Shown here: positions 1 to 9,078 of the stretch, piece after piece
Layout: each line of letters opens with the position of its first letter
How positions within the stretch are numbered: the stretch's first letter is position 1
Source of the DNA: a virus
Length of the DNA stretch: 64,000 nt
IMG/VR virus record: IMGVR_UViG_3300032287_003869
Location: 1 to 64,000 of that record
Strand: one strand, 5' to 3'
Translations under genes and position numbers: made by a program
The notes under the pieces: generated by a model
Seen by the model: the letters and a program-made list of their open reading frames with translations, nothing else
Told to the model about the DNA's origin: nothing
Database searches by the model: none

Positions 1-126
1 AGAACCATTCTGAAGGTTTTGAAATTGTCCATTCAAAGTAAGAACATAATGTCCTTGGTATCCTTTGTCTGGATAGGTGAATTGTTTTGCTAGTTTATCC
101 CAAGCGCGGAATTTAAGTGTTCTCAT
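1..126 (-). CDS. YopX-family protein, N-terminal part (runs off the window edge)
   Basis: Not in the ORF track. ATG at 126 overlaps the upstream stop (ATGA) and reads MRTLKFRAWDKLAKQF, the typical YopX N-terminal KFRAWD motif. Confidence 0.75.
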   Translation of the reverse strand, partial: MRTLKFRAWDKLAKQFTYPDKGYQGHYVLTLNGQFQNLQNGS

Positions 127-335
127 TTAAGTTTAAGTAAGTTTGGAATAGATTCGATTTCTTTTATTAATTCTTCTTCATTAAATACACCTTTAAACAT
201 TTCAGAATCAATATACAACTTTCCTTCAAATACTGTTTCATTACTATCAGTATCTATAGTAATAAGTTTAAACACTTTTTGTGTACCCATATCTACTACT
301 CTTTTTATTTCAGTTTTCATATTTCTTTCTCTCAA
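123..335 (-). CDS. hypothetical protein
   Basis: ORF in a tightly packed minus-strand array; true start may be 320. Confidence 0.55.
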   Translation of the reverse strand: MRERNMKTEIKRVVDMGTQKVFKLITIDTDSNETVFEGKLYIDSEMFKGVFNEEELIKEIESIPNLLKLK

Positions 336-576
336 GTCTAACTTCTTTTCTCTTCATGTCAAGATTTTCTATTTTTTCTAGAATTTTTTTGTTATAGTGT
401 TTTTTAAAGTCAAAATAGCGGGAAGCAAAAGGATTTATTTGATTTCGTAATTTTGAAATCTCTCTATCTAACTTTTGCAGTTTTTTAAAATTGGTCGAAG
501 AAGCACGACTCGAACGTGCGCCACTCATGCGTCCATGGTTGTTCTTTCCGCCTAAACTATTCTTCGAAATTTTCAC
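310..576 (-). CDS. hypothetical basic protein
   Basis: ORF tiling the minus-strand array. Confidence 0.45.
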   Translation of the reverse strand: MKISKNSLGGKNNHGRMSGARSSRASSTNFKKLQKLDREISKLRNQINPFASRYFDFKKHYNKKILEKIENLDMKRKEVRLERKKYEN

Positions 577-597
577 TTCTCTTTCTGAATTTTCTTT

Positions 598-912
598 TCA
601 AGTCAAAAGTTGTTTTCTTTTTTTTAAAATATTAAACAAAATTTCTTTACTTTCTTTTAGCATACTATCGAAGAAAGTTAAACCTGTTTCTTCTAATTTA
701 AAATTCGTAACGTTAATTGAGTGAATGGTTTTTCCGTCTTCGTCTTTCGCTGCTAGTTCTAAGATAAAAGTTTCGTTATTCATGGTAACTTTTTTTTCAT
801 TCTTTGGAAAATGATCAGGGCAAGGTTCGCATCCTTCGTAATAACATTTTCCGCATCTATGAGTATCATAACTCCATGTTCTTTCTGTCATATTATTCTT
901 TCCATTCTCCAA
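598..912 (-). CDS. hypothetical protein
   Basis: ORF tiling the array; start uncertain. Confidence 0.5.
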   Translation of the reverse strand: MENGKNNMTERTWSYDTHRCGKCYYEGCEPCPDHFPKNEKKVTMNNETFILELAAKDEDGKTIHSINVTNFKLEETGLTFFDSMLKESKEILFNILKKRKQLLT

Positions 913-1120
913 AAACTTTCAAATAATTCTCAGCACGTTGACGAGTAGTAGAAGAACATAAACCTTTTTCAAAACTACAATAATATTCATCCCAAGACAA
1001 TTCATCTATCTTCATAAGAAAATTCTCTGCTTCAATCATTGCTTCGTGATTATTACAAAAATCTTTATATGCTGAATCGATTTCTTTAGCAATTATAGTG
1101 TTAATTTGTTCGTCTGTCAT
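893..1120 (-). CDS. hypothetical protein
   Basis: ORF tiling the array. Confidence 0.6.
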   Translation of the reverse strand: MTDEQINTIIAKEIDSAYKDFCNNHEAMIEAENFLMKIDELSWDEYYCSFEKGLCSSTTRQRAENYLKVFGEWKE

Positions 1121-1310
1121 ACTTTTCTATAATGTTAATAAACTGACTTAAATCCCAAGAATATACACCATGATCTCCGTTGTCGAGAATCGGGCATGTT
1201 TTACCTCTCATAAAATTATCCCACTCATTATGAAGATCGTGTGGCAAAATATTCAAAACTTCCCCTTCACTAATACTAGGAGAATTTAATAAATTTTTTA
1301 AATCCGTCAT
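1101..1310 (-). CDS. hypothetical protein
   Basis: ORF with a sigma70-like promoter 7 nt upstream. Confidence 0.65.
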   Translation of the reverse strand: MTDLKNLLNSPSISEGEVLNILPHDLHNEWDNFMRGKTCPILDNGDHGVYSWDLSQFINIIEKYDRRTN

Positions 1311-1317
1311 GAAATCA

Positions 1318-1345
1318 ATACTACATTATTCGTAGGACAAGTCAA
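1318..1345 (-). promoter_or_regulatory. sigma70-type promoter
   Basis: TTGACT-16nt-TAGTAT, 7 nt before ATG 1310. Confidence 0.55.
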
Positions 1346-1661
1346 GCCAATTCGTATGCTCTGGCATTATTTCCACATTAACACCAACTTCTTCTGATTT
1401 GTTGATGATGTCATTAAGAACACCAGAACCATACATATGCATTCCGTAGTTACTATTAAAACCTTTATATATAGAACCAGAAAATCCTTCAAACAACCAT
1501 GAATCTTCTCCCTTTGATACCTTTCTAATACCACTATTCAGCTTCCAAGAATTAGAACCAAGATAACCACCATACCAGCATCCAAATACTTTGTAAGTTA
1601 AAGGAACATTCTTTCCTTCAATCTTAACAACTACCCATTTGTCCGGAACATAATCGCTCAT
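1326..1661 (-). CDS. conserved phage hypothetical protein
   Basis: PDKWVVVKI...YKVFGCWYGGYLGSNSWKLNSGI pattern, familiar from large phages. Confidence 0.7.
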   Translation of the reverse strand: MSDYVPDKWVVVKIEGKNVPLTYKVFGCWYGGYLGSNSWKLNSGIRKVSKGEDSWLFEGFSGSIYKGFNSNYGMHMYGSGVLNDIINKSEEVGVNVEIMPEHTNWLDLSYE

Positions 1662-1665
1662 AATC

Positions 1666-2121
1666 TTATTCTAATATATGTCCTCTGAATATATATCTAA
1701 TTTTTGGATTTTTTCCGATTCTATCTATTGGCAGAAAATTATCTTTAAATGTAATAAAAAGATCTTTTGTTTCAATTGCACCAATAGGCCCAGAAATAAC
1801 TTGACAAAGAATATAATAAACCAAGTATTTTTTCCCCTTTAAAAAGTTTTTCATATCATTCAAAGAATCATATTCAATTAAAGAGCAAACTTCCACTTTC
1901 CCGTTATAACTAAATACTGGGCCTAATCCAAATACTTCAGCATTCTTGATGATTTCATAATCAAAAATATATTCACCCACATGATCAACTTGGGGTTCTT
2001 TTATAAATTCTAACCATTCTTCTACATTTTTTGTATATCCTGCTTCTTCAATTTTTGTTTCTTCAAATTTAGGAAGACTTTGTTCTATTTCGTTTGTTAA
2101 TGTTTCTATTTCTGTATTCAT
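1666..2121 (-). CDS. hypothetical protein
   Basis: 151-aa ORF, ATGA-type coupling to the upstream gene. Confidence 0.65.
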   Translation of the reverse strand: MNTEIETLTNEIEQSLPKFEETKIEEAGYTKNVEEWLEFIKEPQVDHVGEYIFDYEIIKNAEVFGLGPVFSYNGKVEVCSLIEYDSLNDMKNFLKGKKYLVYYILCQVISGPIGAIETKDLFITFKDNFLPIDRIGKNPKIRYIFRGHILE

Positions 2122-2339
2122 AGTTTATCAAACCAGCAAAGTTCATATACTAGATCGCCAGTTTCTTTTAGTGTAACACCAGTTGAAGAAGAAGCAACCA
2201 TAATATTTGTTACTGTGTATTCTTTTCCTTCTTCAAGCTTCTTAGCATTCTCTATTCTATCTTTAAAGTAATGCCACGTTCCAGCTTTCTTAAAGATAAT
2301 TTTATCTCCTCTTTTTGTATTTTTATAATCTGCTCTCAT
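2118..2339 (-). CDS. hypothetical protein
   Basis: ORF downstream of a consensus sigma70 promoter. Confidence 0.65.
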   Translation of the reverse strand: MRADYKNTKRGDKIIFKKAGTWHYFKDRIENAKKLEEGKEYTVTNIMVASSSTGVTLKETGDLVYELCWFDKL

Positions 2340-2355
2340 TGTTAAAAATTTTTAA

Positions 2356-2361
2356 TAAATA
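2356..2361 (+). promoter_or_regulatory. T4-type late promoter core
   Basis: TAAATA 12 nt before ATG 2374. Confidence 0.55.
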
Positions 2362-2363
2362 TT

Positions 2364-2391
2364 ATTATAGCACATGAAGACTAAAGATCAA
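2364..2391 (-). promoter_or_regulatory. sigma70-type promoter with extended -10
   Basis: TTGATC-16nt-(TGC)TATAAT. Confidence 0.65.
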
Positions 2392-2907
2392 GTTTTATTA
2401 GAAGAAGCTTATCAAGTTGTGGTATCTAAAAAAATACCACAACTTGTAATAGATAGTATGATGGAAGGTAAGCCTGAAAATAAGTCAGAAGAAGAGTTTC
2501 TTAAAATTACCTCAGAGAGATTAAAAGGTATTGTTTGGTCTGACCGTCCCTTAACATTTCAGCTTGCATTTAACCAATTAGCTGTCCTTCATCCAATATA
2601 CCATCCTTGGTTTGATACGACCCAAGAGATACAAGGGTTTGTAAAAGAATATAAAAAAGCGGTTTTAAATAAAACAAAACTTCCTCAGGAATATTCTTTT
2701 GTTCAACAAGATATAGATAAAACATATGATGTTGACGTAGATGAAATGATGAGAAGACGACCATTAATACTACTACAAAAAGGAAATCAATATAGCATTA
2801 TAGATGGAAACCATCGTTTTTGGGGCAAGGTAGCTCAAGAATTAAGAAAAGATGGAAATATAGAATATGTCTCTGTAAACGCTCTCATAGGTAAAATGAA
2901 GGGTTAG
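2374..2907 (+). CDS. ParB/Srx-like domain protein with capsid-targeting-like leader
   Basis: C-terminal PLILLQKGNQYSIIDGNHR (ParB-N motif); N-terminus MKTKDQVLLEEAY; TAAATA upstream. Confidence 0.7.
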   Translation: MKTKDQVLLEEAYQVVVSKKIPQLVIDSMMEGKPENKSEEEFLKITSERLKGIVWSDRPLTFQLAFNQLAVLHPIYHPWFDTTQEIQGFVKEYKKAVLNKTKLPQEYSFVQQDIDKTYDVDVDEMMRRRPLILLQKGNQYSIIDGNHRFWGKVAQELRKDGNIEYVSVNALIGKMKG

Positions 2908-2941
2908 GTCTTTTGTAACTTCAAGTGTTTTGTTTCTGCTC

Positions 2942-3343
2942 TCATTTCACCAAATAGTCTATATACTTTTGCATGTTTGTCAAGTCTTCTTCTAAAATTC
3001 CTTCAACTGAAGAAACAGCAACTGCTCCGCTATATCCTTTTCTGTTATGGAGTTCAATATCTTTATAGTATCTCAAATCAAAAGTGAAATAATCCTCAAA
3101 TACTGGCACAACTGCTTCTAAATGCACTCTTCTATTAGTTGACCACTTGCTTCTAAAGCAAAACTGCCAATGACAATAAGCGTCTTGCTCTGGTTCATCC
3201 ATTGATACAGACAAATCCTTCCAGCATCCAGAATACCTTCCATCCGTATACCACATGTATTCAAAATGATGGAAGTTAAATTCTCGGAGTTGCTCTTGAA
3301 TCTTTTCTGCTTTTTTGAAAAATCTTATTGTTTCAGCTTTCAT
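2942..3343 (-). CDS. hypothetical protein
   Basis: 133-aa ORF coupled to the upstream gene. Confidence 0.6.
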   Translation of the reverse strand: MKAETIRFFKKAEKIQEQLREFNFHHFEYMWYTDGRYSGCWKDLSVSMDEPEQDAYCHWQFCFRSKWSTNRRVHLEAVVPVFEDYFTFDLRYYKDIELHNRKGYSGAVAVSSVEGILEEDLTNMQKYIDYLVK

Positions 3344-3534
3344 TATGAGAAGTGCAAATCGTATGAATAAAGTTGTTGGTTTTCGTCAACCAAAACCAAT
3401 TTCCATGATGGAGGGTCTGTTTCTTGCTTTTCTACGTAAACATCAACTATATTAAATTTTGGTACCTCTTCCACAATAGGTTTTAATGCAATTGGCTTTG
3501 CGGCTTTAACTTGAATCGGTTGCATGTTATTCAT
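3343..3534 (-). CDS. hypothetical protein
   Basis: Short ORF tiling the array. Confidence 0.5.
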   Translation of the reverse strand: MNNMQPIQVKAAKPIALKPIVEEVPKFNIVDVYVEKQETDPPSWKLVLVDENQQLYSYDLHFS

Positions 3535-3537
3535 AGA

Positions 3538-4098
3538 TTATTCTGTTGGTTGCATTCTATCTGGAACAAATATCCCATCCTCTAAAGAACAATTCTTCCA
3601 TTTGGAAACATAAGTCTTAATGTCCTTTCCTAGAATTTCAGAAGCAAATCCTAGAATACGAATGTTAGGCCAAGCTATGTTTCTAACTTTCAATATCTCT
3701 TTTAAAGCCTCTTCCACTGTTCTCCCAGACATTACTAAAGCTATAATTCCAACAGCAGTAGACCTAGAAATTCCAGCAAAGCAATTTACTCCAAGATTGT
3801 GTGGCTTATCGTCTTCTGCAAAGGGTTTTAAAAAAGTAATGATGTTCTGTATGTGTTGTTTTTTAGGAGCTTCTTCTTCTAAGTGTGTCCATTGAAGCCC
3901 GTCTTCATCCGACCAATCAGCAAAGAACTGATGAAAAAACTTTACATTCTTTTCAACAAAATTCTTACGCATTCTATTAATTTGTTTCCTGTCTTCTTGA
4001 CCTACAACAGAAATCCAAACATCATATTCTGTATTGTTTTTGTTAAAACTATAACTCTCTGCTTCTGCAAGATTTGTTATTTTAATTTTATTGATCAT
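3538..4098 (-). CDS. protein tyrosine/dual-specificity phosphatase-like protein
   Basis: Cx5R P-loop VNCFAGISRST, upstream FxD acid loop and PNxR motif; start set at 4098 (ATGA overlap). Confidence 0.8.
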   Translation of the reverse strand: MINKIKITNLAEAESYSFNKNNTEYDVWISVVGQEDRKQINRMRKNFVEKNVKFFHQFFADWSDEDGLQWTHLEEEAPKKQHIQNIITFLKPFAEDDKPHNLGVNCFAGISRSTAVGIIALVMSGRTVEEALKEILKVRNIAWPNIRILGFASEILGKDIKTYVSKWKNCSLEDGIFVPDRMQPTE

Positions 4099-4361
4099 AT
4101 ATTCCAAGTTGTAGTTGATACGCTATCTCCACATTGATCGCAAATATGTGGATCGTGTTCATAATCATCATATTGAAAAAGATGAATAACGTTTTCTAAA
4201 AGAATCGTCTGTTCTGAAATCCCCTCCTTAATCTTTTCAAAAAGATAATTCAACATCTCATTGTATTCTTGTTCAGATAGTTCAGAAAAAGACCTATCAT
4301 TGACAGTAAAATCAAATGCAGTACATCCAGTTGTTTCTATAAATTTGTATTTTGTTTTCAC
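4095..4361 (-). CDS. hypothetical protein
   Basis: ORF with C-terminal CDQCGD. Confidence 0.6.
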   Translation of the reverse strand: MKTKYKFIETTGCTAFDFTVNDRSFSELSEQEYNEMLNYLFEKIKEGISEQTILLENVIHLFQYDDYEHDPHICDQCGDSVSTTTWNI

Positions 4362-4678
4362 TTTAAATGTTTTTCGTATTCTTTAATTGCATAACCAGCC
4401 TCATGAAATAATTTCGGACCTATTACTGTTACTGGATTTTGTTTTGATATTTCGTACATGTGCAATACGACACCGTATAGATTTTTAGCAATATCTTTCA
4501 ATTTTTCGTTTTCCTCAAAACATTTAGAATGTTCGGATTGTTGCTTTAAAAGACATTTCCCGTATTTTTCAATTGCTTCTTTAGTGTAGGTATCTAATTT
4601 CTCTAAACATCCATGAGCGGACAAACCGCTTTCGTAAAAAGCGAACTCTTCCCATTGTTGAATCATGGAATCTTTCAT
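4358..4678 (-). CDS. hypothetical protein
   Basis: ORF coupled by 4-nt overlaps. Confidence 0.6.
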   Translation of the reverse strand: MKDSMIQQWEEFAFYESGLSAHGCLEKLDTYTKEAIEKYGKCLLKQQSEHSKCFEENEKLKDIAKNLYGVVLHMYEISKQNPVTVIGPKLFHEAGYAIKEYEKHLK

Positions 4679-5028
4679 TGTATCATTTCCAATCTGTCAA
4701 CATAGATATATCCTACGTTGTTATTTTGAATTGTTTTCACTCTAAACCAGTTTCCTTCTTTATTCAGAATCTCTACTTTATCACCGTTGTAGAGAGTTGT
4801 CAATATAGAAGATGATACGGATGGCATCGCTCTCAAATTTACCCAACCATCTGGATCATTCACGAATCCCAATTTTACAATATGTTTTTGAACTTCTGGT
4901 TTATTCTTTTTAACATCTTCTATTTTAATCGAACTAGCATCATGTGAATATGCTATAAGACCAACCAAAGCTGTTAATAGCGCGGCAAGTCCGGTGAGAA
5001 AGGCTCCTATGTTTTTCCAAGTTTCCAT
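4675..5028 (-). CDS. membrane-anchored bacterial SH3 (SH3b) domain protein
   Basis: N-terminal TM helix; VNLRAMPS...GDKVEIL...GNWFRV...GYIY SH3b signature. Confidence 0.8.
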   Translation of the reverse strand: METWKNIGAFLTGLAALLTALVGLIAYSHDASSIKIEDVKKNKPEVQKHIVKLGFVNDPDGWVNLRAMPSVSSSILTTLYNGDKVEILNKEGNWFRVKTIQNNNVGYIYVDRLEMIQ

Positions 5029-5031
5029 ATC

Positions 5032-5415
5032 TCACTTTTGAAATTCAGAATATGTTATTTCATTATCCCAGCGTCCTCTTATAGATTCTGCTTGTTTTGC
5101 GATCATCAAAGGATCTTCTTTCCAAGCTCTTGTTCTCCAAGAACCCTCATAATCATATGTCCATAATTGATTTTTACCGGAAGGATACATATATGCCACA
5201 ATACTGTGACCTACTTTCTTTTTTGTTTTGTAGTCAATGTACCAGTAAGACACCACTTCAGCCCAAACATCATATTTCCTCAAACCTTCTCTAAAAGCTA
5301 TTGCTGTGGGAAGACATGCATTTCTTTCTCTCTCCATCCATTTTTCAGAATTTACTGGTAATGTTTCACATGAGCATAAAACAAAACAAAATATTGAAAT
5401 TAAAATATTTCTCAT
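5032..5415 (-). CDS. lipoprotein, possible transglutaminase/papain-like fold
   Basis: Signal peptide with lipobox LCSC; candidate Cys (NAC), His (GHS), Asp (YD) triad; TAAATA at 5423-5428. Confidence 0.55.
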   Translation of the reverse strand: MRNILISIFCFVLCSCETLPVNSEKWMERERNACLPTAIAFREGLRKYDVWAEVVSYWYIDYKTKKKVGHSIVAYMYPSGKNQLWTYDYEGSWRTRAWKEDPLMIAKQAESIRGRWDNEITYSEFQK

Positions 5416-5425
5416 AAGACACTAT

Positions 5426-5905
5426 TTAATCTTCTTGTTTCAAATCTTTTTTCTTCCAGTATTCTTCAGTTCCGCTATCACATGCTTCATATCCAAGCTT
5501 TCTCGCTTCCTCGTAACAAAGAGTCTTATACCAACCTCCTTTTTTACATGGTTCACCGTGTTTTCCTGTGATTTCGCATGTATAAGCTGATTTTTTTTCT
5601 GCTTCTGAAATGATGTCATCTATAATATCATTTTCAATACTACTTGCACCATAAACACTTACATAAAAACGGAGGGTGCTATACTTTTCTTTGATTTGAT
5701 TAGCAACAACTTGTACTTCTCTTCCATCTTTTGAACAAATGTCACAAAAATATTGGAGTTTTTCCATGCATTTATCTAGGAGTTCATACCAACCTGAATC
5801 TACATCTGCGCCCCAAGCCATGCATGTTTGCATTGGATCTCCTTTATAGTCCCTTAAGATTTTAGGGTACTTTTTGACAAGTTCGAGTTCTAGTTCTTGA
5901 TTCAT
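5426..5905 (-). CDS. conserved phage hypothetical protein
   Basis: GW...QIKEKYSTLRFY...TCEITG pattern, familiar from phages. Confidence 0.7.
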   Translation of the reverse strand: MNQELELELVKKYPKILRDYKGDPMQTCMAWGADVDSGWYELLDKCMEKLQYFCDICSKDGREVQVVANQIKEKYSTLRFYVSVYGASSIENDIIDDIISEAEKKSAYTCEITGKHGEPCKKGGWYKTLCYEEARKLGYEACDSGTEEYWKKKDLKQED

Positions 5906-5915
5906 AATTTTTTCA

Positions 5916-5943
5916 ATTTTAACTTAATTCTAAAAAATGTCAA
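5916..5943 (-). promoter_or_regulatory. sigma70-type promoter
   Basis: TTGACA-16nt-TAAAAT. Confidence 0.65.
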
Positions 5944-6158
5944 GATCCTCTTGGCAAAAATAAAGCTATCTCAGATTCTTCCGATCTTGATTCATTAAAT
6001 TCACCATCCCACCAAGGTTTATCCTTTTGGGTGTTCGGAACGATTTTAGCGTATTCCACAATTTTAACCTCATCGTATCCTTGTTCATATCCTTGGATTA
6101 CAACGCGCATATTGGGGTCTTCCGATGTCAATCTTTCAATTAGTTCTCTAACTTTCAT
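5940..6158 (-). CDS. conserved small phage protein
   Basis: MKVRELIERL...VVIQGYEQG pattern. Confidence 0.65.
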   Translation of the reverse strand: MKVRELIERLTSEDPNMRVVIQGYEQGYDEVKIVEYAKIVPNTQKDKPWWDGEFNESRSEESEIALFLPRGS

Positions 6159-7227
6159 AATTTTTTTGTATAAGTTTAAACCACTGTATTTTAGGTATTT
6201 CCTTATTATCTAAAACCGAAAAAGCATAAGAAGAATTTTCACCATAGTTTCTTTTTATCATTTCAGCCTGTTCTTTTCTAGATGGGACTTTCCTAATATC
6301 GTGTACCATTTCTAAAATATTGTCAATGTATTTTTTTGACTTTTCACCAGCATTGCATATTCTTGTTATAAGATCTTTTAACTGTTCTGCTATTTCAAAA
6401 TCAAATTCAACAACTATCTTATCGTAAAAAGCATCATAAGCTGGCATTCCAGAATCGATATAATATTCGATTAAATTGTTTTCAGAATTTAATTGAGATT
6501 TTATTCTATGCAAATACAAATATCTCAAAGATTTTACTTTTTTTAGAACTTGCCCACTGTTACCATAAATTACAACTCCTTCCCCCTTTTCCCATTTTTG
6601 AACAGAATCTACCATTTCTTTAATGGTATTGAAATTATAACTTTTGGGTCTTTCTACATTCCATTCTTTTGCAAAAAAATCTACTTCTTTTTTTGATAAA
6701 TAGGAATAATCGAAATGATTGATAATTCCAGTTACCCATAGAGTCGGCTCCTGTGCTTCTTTTTCAACTATAACATTTTTCGGAGAATACCATTCTGTTA
6801 AAATAGAATATCCTTCGCTTTTCAACATTTCGTTATCAAACAAAATTGGATATTTTTTCTTCAATATTTCTATTTCATAGCCATTGTCCAAAATGGATGC
6901 ATCAACAGTCCCCCTAGTTCTAACTATCAATTCACCTTTAAATTTAGAAATCACAAGAGTTGATCCATCCATCTTATGAATGAATTCCATGTTTTGATTC
7001 AAATCCAAAGGTTCAAAATCAGGTTTTTCTTCTAAATTTGTAAATTTCTTAAAAGATGCGGAAACAAGATAACCATCTTCTGTCCATATGGAAGAGCGAA
7101 ATATTTTATTTTCATCATTCCAATCGATTTCCAGCTTGTTTGGAAAAACAAGTTTACATTTTGTGTTTGCTATTAAACAGTCTCTTACACAAAATTCTTC
7201 TGTTGATGGGAATTCTGAAATTTTCAC
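6148..7227 (-). CDS. RNA ligase (T4 Rnl1-like)
   Basis: KKFTNLEE, motif I HKMDGSTL, EW, EGVV and KVKS nucleotidyltransferase motifs; GTG start at 7227 overlaps the upstream stop. Confidence 0.8.
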   Translation of the reverse strand: MKISEFPSTEEFCVRDCLIANTKCKLVFPNKLEIDWNDENKIFRSSIWTEDGYLVSASFKKFTNLEEKPDFEPLDLNQNMEFIHKMDGSTLVISKFKGELIVRTRGTVDASILDNGYEIEILKKKYPILFDNEMLKSEGYSILTEWYSPKNVIVEKEAQEPTLWVTGIINHFDYSYLSKKEVDFFAKEWNVERPKSYNFNTIKEMVDSVQKWEKGEGVVIYGNSGQVLKKVKSLRYLYLHRIKSQLNSENNLIEYYIDSGMPAYDAFYDKIVVEFDFEIAEQLKDLITRICNAGEKSKKYIDNILEMVHDIRKVPSRKEQAEMIKRNYGENSSYAFSVLDNKEIPKIQWFKLIQKNYES

Positions 7228-7946
7228 TTGTGATGATCCAAACTCCAAATTTCATTTATATCAAGCAATTTGTGAACGCATCCATTGATTCTTTCTGTAA
7301 CAGATGTATGGAAATGACCATAAAGATGCAATGATGGTTTACACAATTTGAATATTTCATCCATTACGGCCCTTTCTTCTGTTAATTCTTTCAACAATGA
7401 AGCGTCTTCTTTTGCCCATCCATATACCATTTCGTTAAATTGTTGTGGAAAACACCAAGAAGGAGCCGTATGAGTAACTAGAATATCAACTTTTTGACAT
7501 TTGTCTCTATCAAAATTAAGTCCTTCATCTTTCCAATAAGAAACTCCTTCTCTTCTTCCTTTACGATCAATAGATATAGCACCACCTATAAATTGAATTG
7601 TTTTACCATTATATTCTATAATGGAATAATCTTCTATCAATTCAAAATTGCTTAATGAAATGATATTTTCTTTTTTAAAGTAATACGGGTCGGAATGATT
7701 CCCCCGGATGCTTTTATATTCGATATTTTTATTCTTAAATTCATTATTCAAATATTCAAATTGTCTTAATTGTGTGTCTTTTGACATGAAGCCTTCTCCA
7801 CCATCGCCCACACAAATTATATAACAATCACTTATATTATTATCTTCTACTATATCTAGAACAAACAACCATTCACCGTGATGATCTCCTAAAAACAAAA
7901 TAGGTTTTTCTTTGTCTAAAATTTTAATTTCACCACTCATCTTCAT
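7224..7946 (-). CDS. calcineurin-like metallophosphoesterase
   Basis: GDHHG, GD, RGNH, THTAP and GHFH motifs. Confidence 0.85.
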   Translation of the reverse strand: MKMSGEIKILDKEKPILFLGDHHGEWLFVLDIVEDNNISDCYIICVGDGGEGFMSKDTQLRQFEYLNNEFKNKNIEYKSIRGNHSDPYYFKKENIISLSNFELIEDYSIIEYNGKTIQFIGGAISIDRKGRREGVSYWKDEGLNFDRDKCQKVDILVTHTAPSWCFPQQFNEMVYGWAKEDASLLKELTEERAVMDEIFKLCKPSLHLYGHFHTSVTERINGCVHKLLDINEIWSLDHHK

Positions 7947-8220
7947 CGTTTCTTTCTTCTATAAATTTCTTTTCTTCCTCTATCTTTTCAATCAAAATCT
8001 CTTTTAATGTTTTCAATGCATCATCATAAGATGAACATTCTATATCTTCAAAATCATGTAAAATATAACCATTGTGTTGGACTGTATAAACTGGAGGCAA
8101 TCCATAGCTCCATTTTGTCTCAATATACCAATGGCAATCTTTATCTTTATGGGAATCTTTACCTATAAGGTGATACCACTCATCGGTTAATTTTGTAATT
8201 TCACTTATAAGCCAATCCAT
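7930..8220 (-). CDS. hypothetical protein
   Basis: ORF tiling the array. Confidence 0.6.
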   Translation of the reverse strand: MDWLISEITKLTDEWYHLIGKDSHKDKDCHWYIETKWSYGLPPVYTVQHNGYILHDFEDIECSSYDDALKTLKEILIEKIEEEKKFIEERNDEDEW

Positions 8221-8440
8221 GTGATTCTAAATATTCAGTAAACATTAAACCAAAGTCTGCATTTTCATTATAGATGTAATCGAATAACCAAGTTTCTAGA
8301 TCGTTATCGATATTAAGATCATCTAAAAGATCGTTATAGTATTGTTCCTGAACTTTTTGTAATTTATTAATAAATTCTTTTGTTTCTATAATTGCATCAT
8401 CAGGGTGTTTTTTTGATTTTGTGTAGTTTTTTTCGTTCAT
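8201..8440 (-). CDS. hypothetical protein
   Basis: ORF tiling the array. Confidence 0.6.
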   Translation of the reverse strand: MNEKNYTKSKKHPDDAIIETKEFINKLQKVQEQYYNDLLDDLNIDNDLETWLFDYIYNENADFGLMFTEYLESHGLAYK

Positions 8441-9072
8441 GTTAATTCATATGGCTCTTCCACAATTACATAGTATGTTCCGGAAACTTCTTCTATTCTT
8501 GTTTTGTTTCCTGTAGGTAAGGGCTTCTTTTTAAAACAAGAATACACCACATTCCATGCCTTTTCATAATCTTTATTATTCATTGCCTTCCTCATGGATT
8601 CTTGCTTACCTTGAGGTATTCTGAATTCTTTTTGAGGTTTCCAATATCCTTTAATTGAATCTAGAACTTTAGGGGCAGGTATACCGGATATTTCCAAAGG
8701 ACCATCACCAGAAACATCACATATACGTCTCATCCCATCATTTCTTTGATAATGCAAATACTGTTCAATTGCTTTTTTAATCTCCCATGCAACTGTACCA
8801 TCCTTCATATGGAGGCAACCAACGCCATAATATGAATTTCTATTGTTTATTATTTCATCATCTTTACGGAAGACAAGAGTTCTTACAATGCTTTCTATAA
8901 CTTCACCATCATTATAAGTCAATTCTTTGTCCCAAAATGCGGCGTCTATTGCGAATTTAATTTGACCTGAGCGAAGACGACTATAAACCTCTAAAGCCGT
9001 AACAAGTGTTGAGAGATGTCTGTCATCAAATTCGATTGAAACTTTCTCAGATTCTGTTTTTTTCTTTTTCAC
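8437..9072 (-). CDS. hypothetical protein
   Basis: 211-aa ORF; GTG start 6 nt after a consensus -10. Confidence 0.7.
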   Translation of the reverse strand: MKKKKTESEKVSIEFDDRHLSTLVTALEVYSRLRSGQIKFAIDAAFWDKELTYNDGEVIESIVRTLVFRKDDEIINNRNSYYGVGCLHMKDGTVAWEIKKAIEQYLHYQRNDGMRRICDVSGDGPLEISGIPAPKVLDSIKGYWKPQKEFRIPQGKQESMRKAMNNKDYEKAWNVVYSCFKKKPLPTGNKTRIEEVSGTYYVIVEEPYELT

Positions 9073-9078
9073 TTTTAA

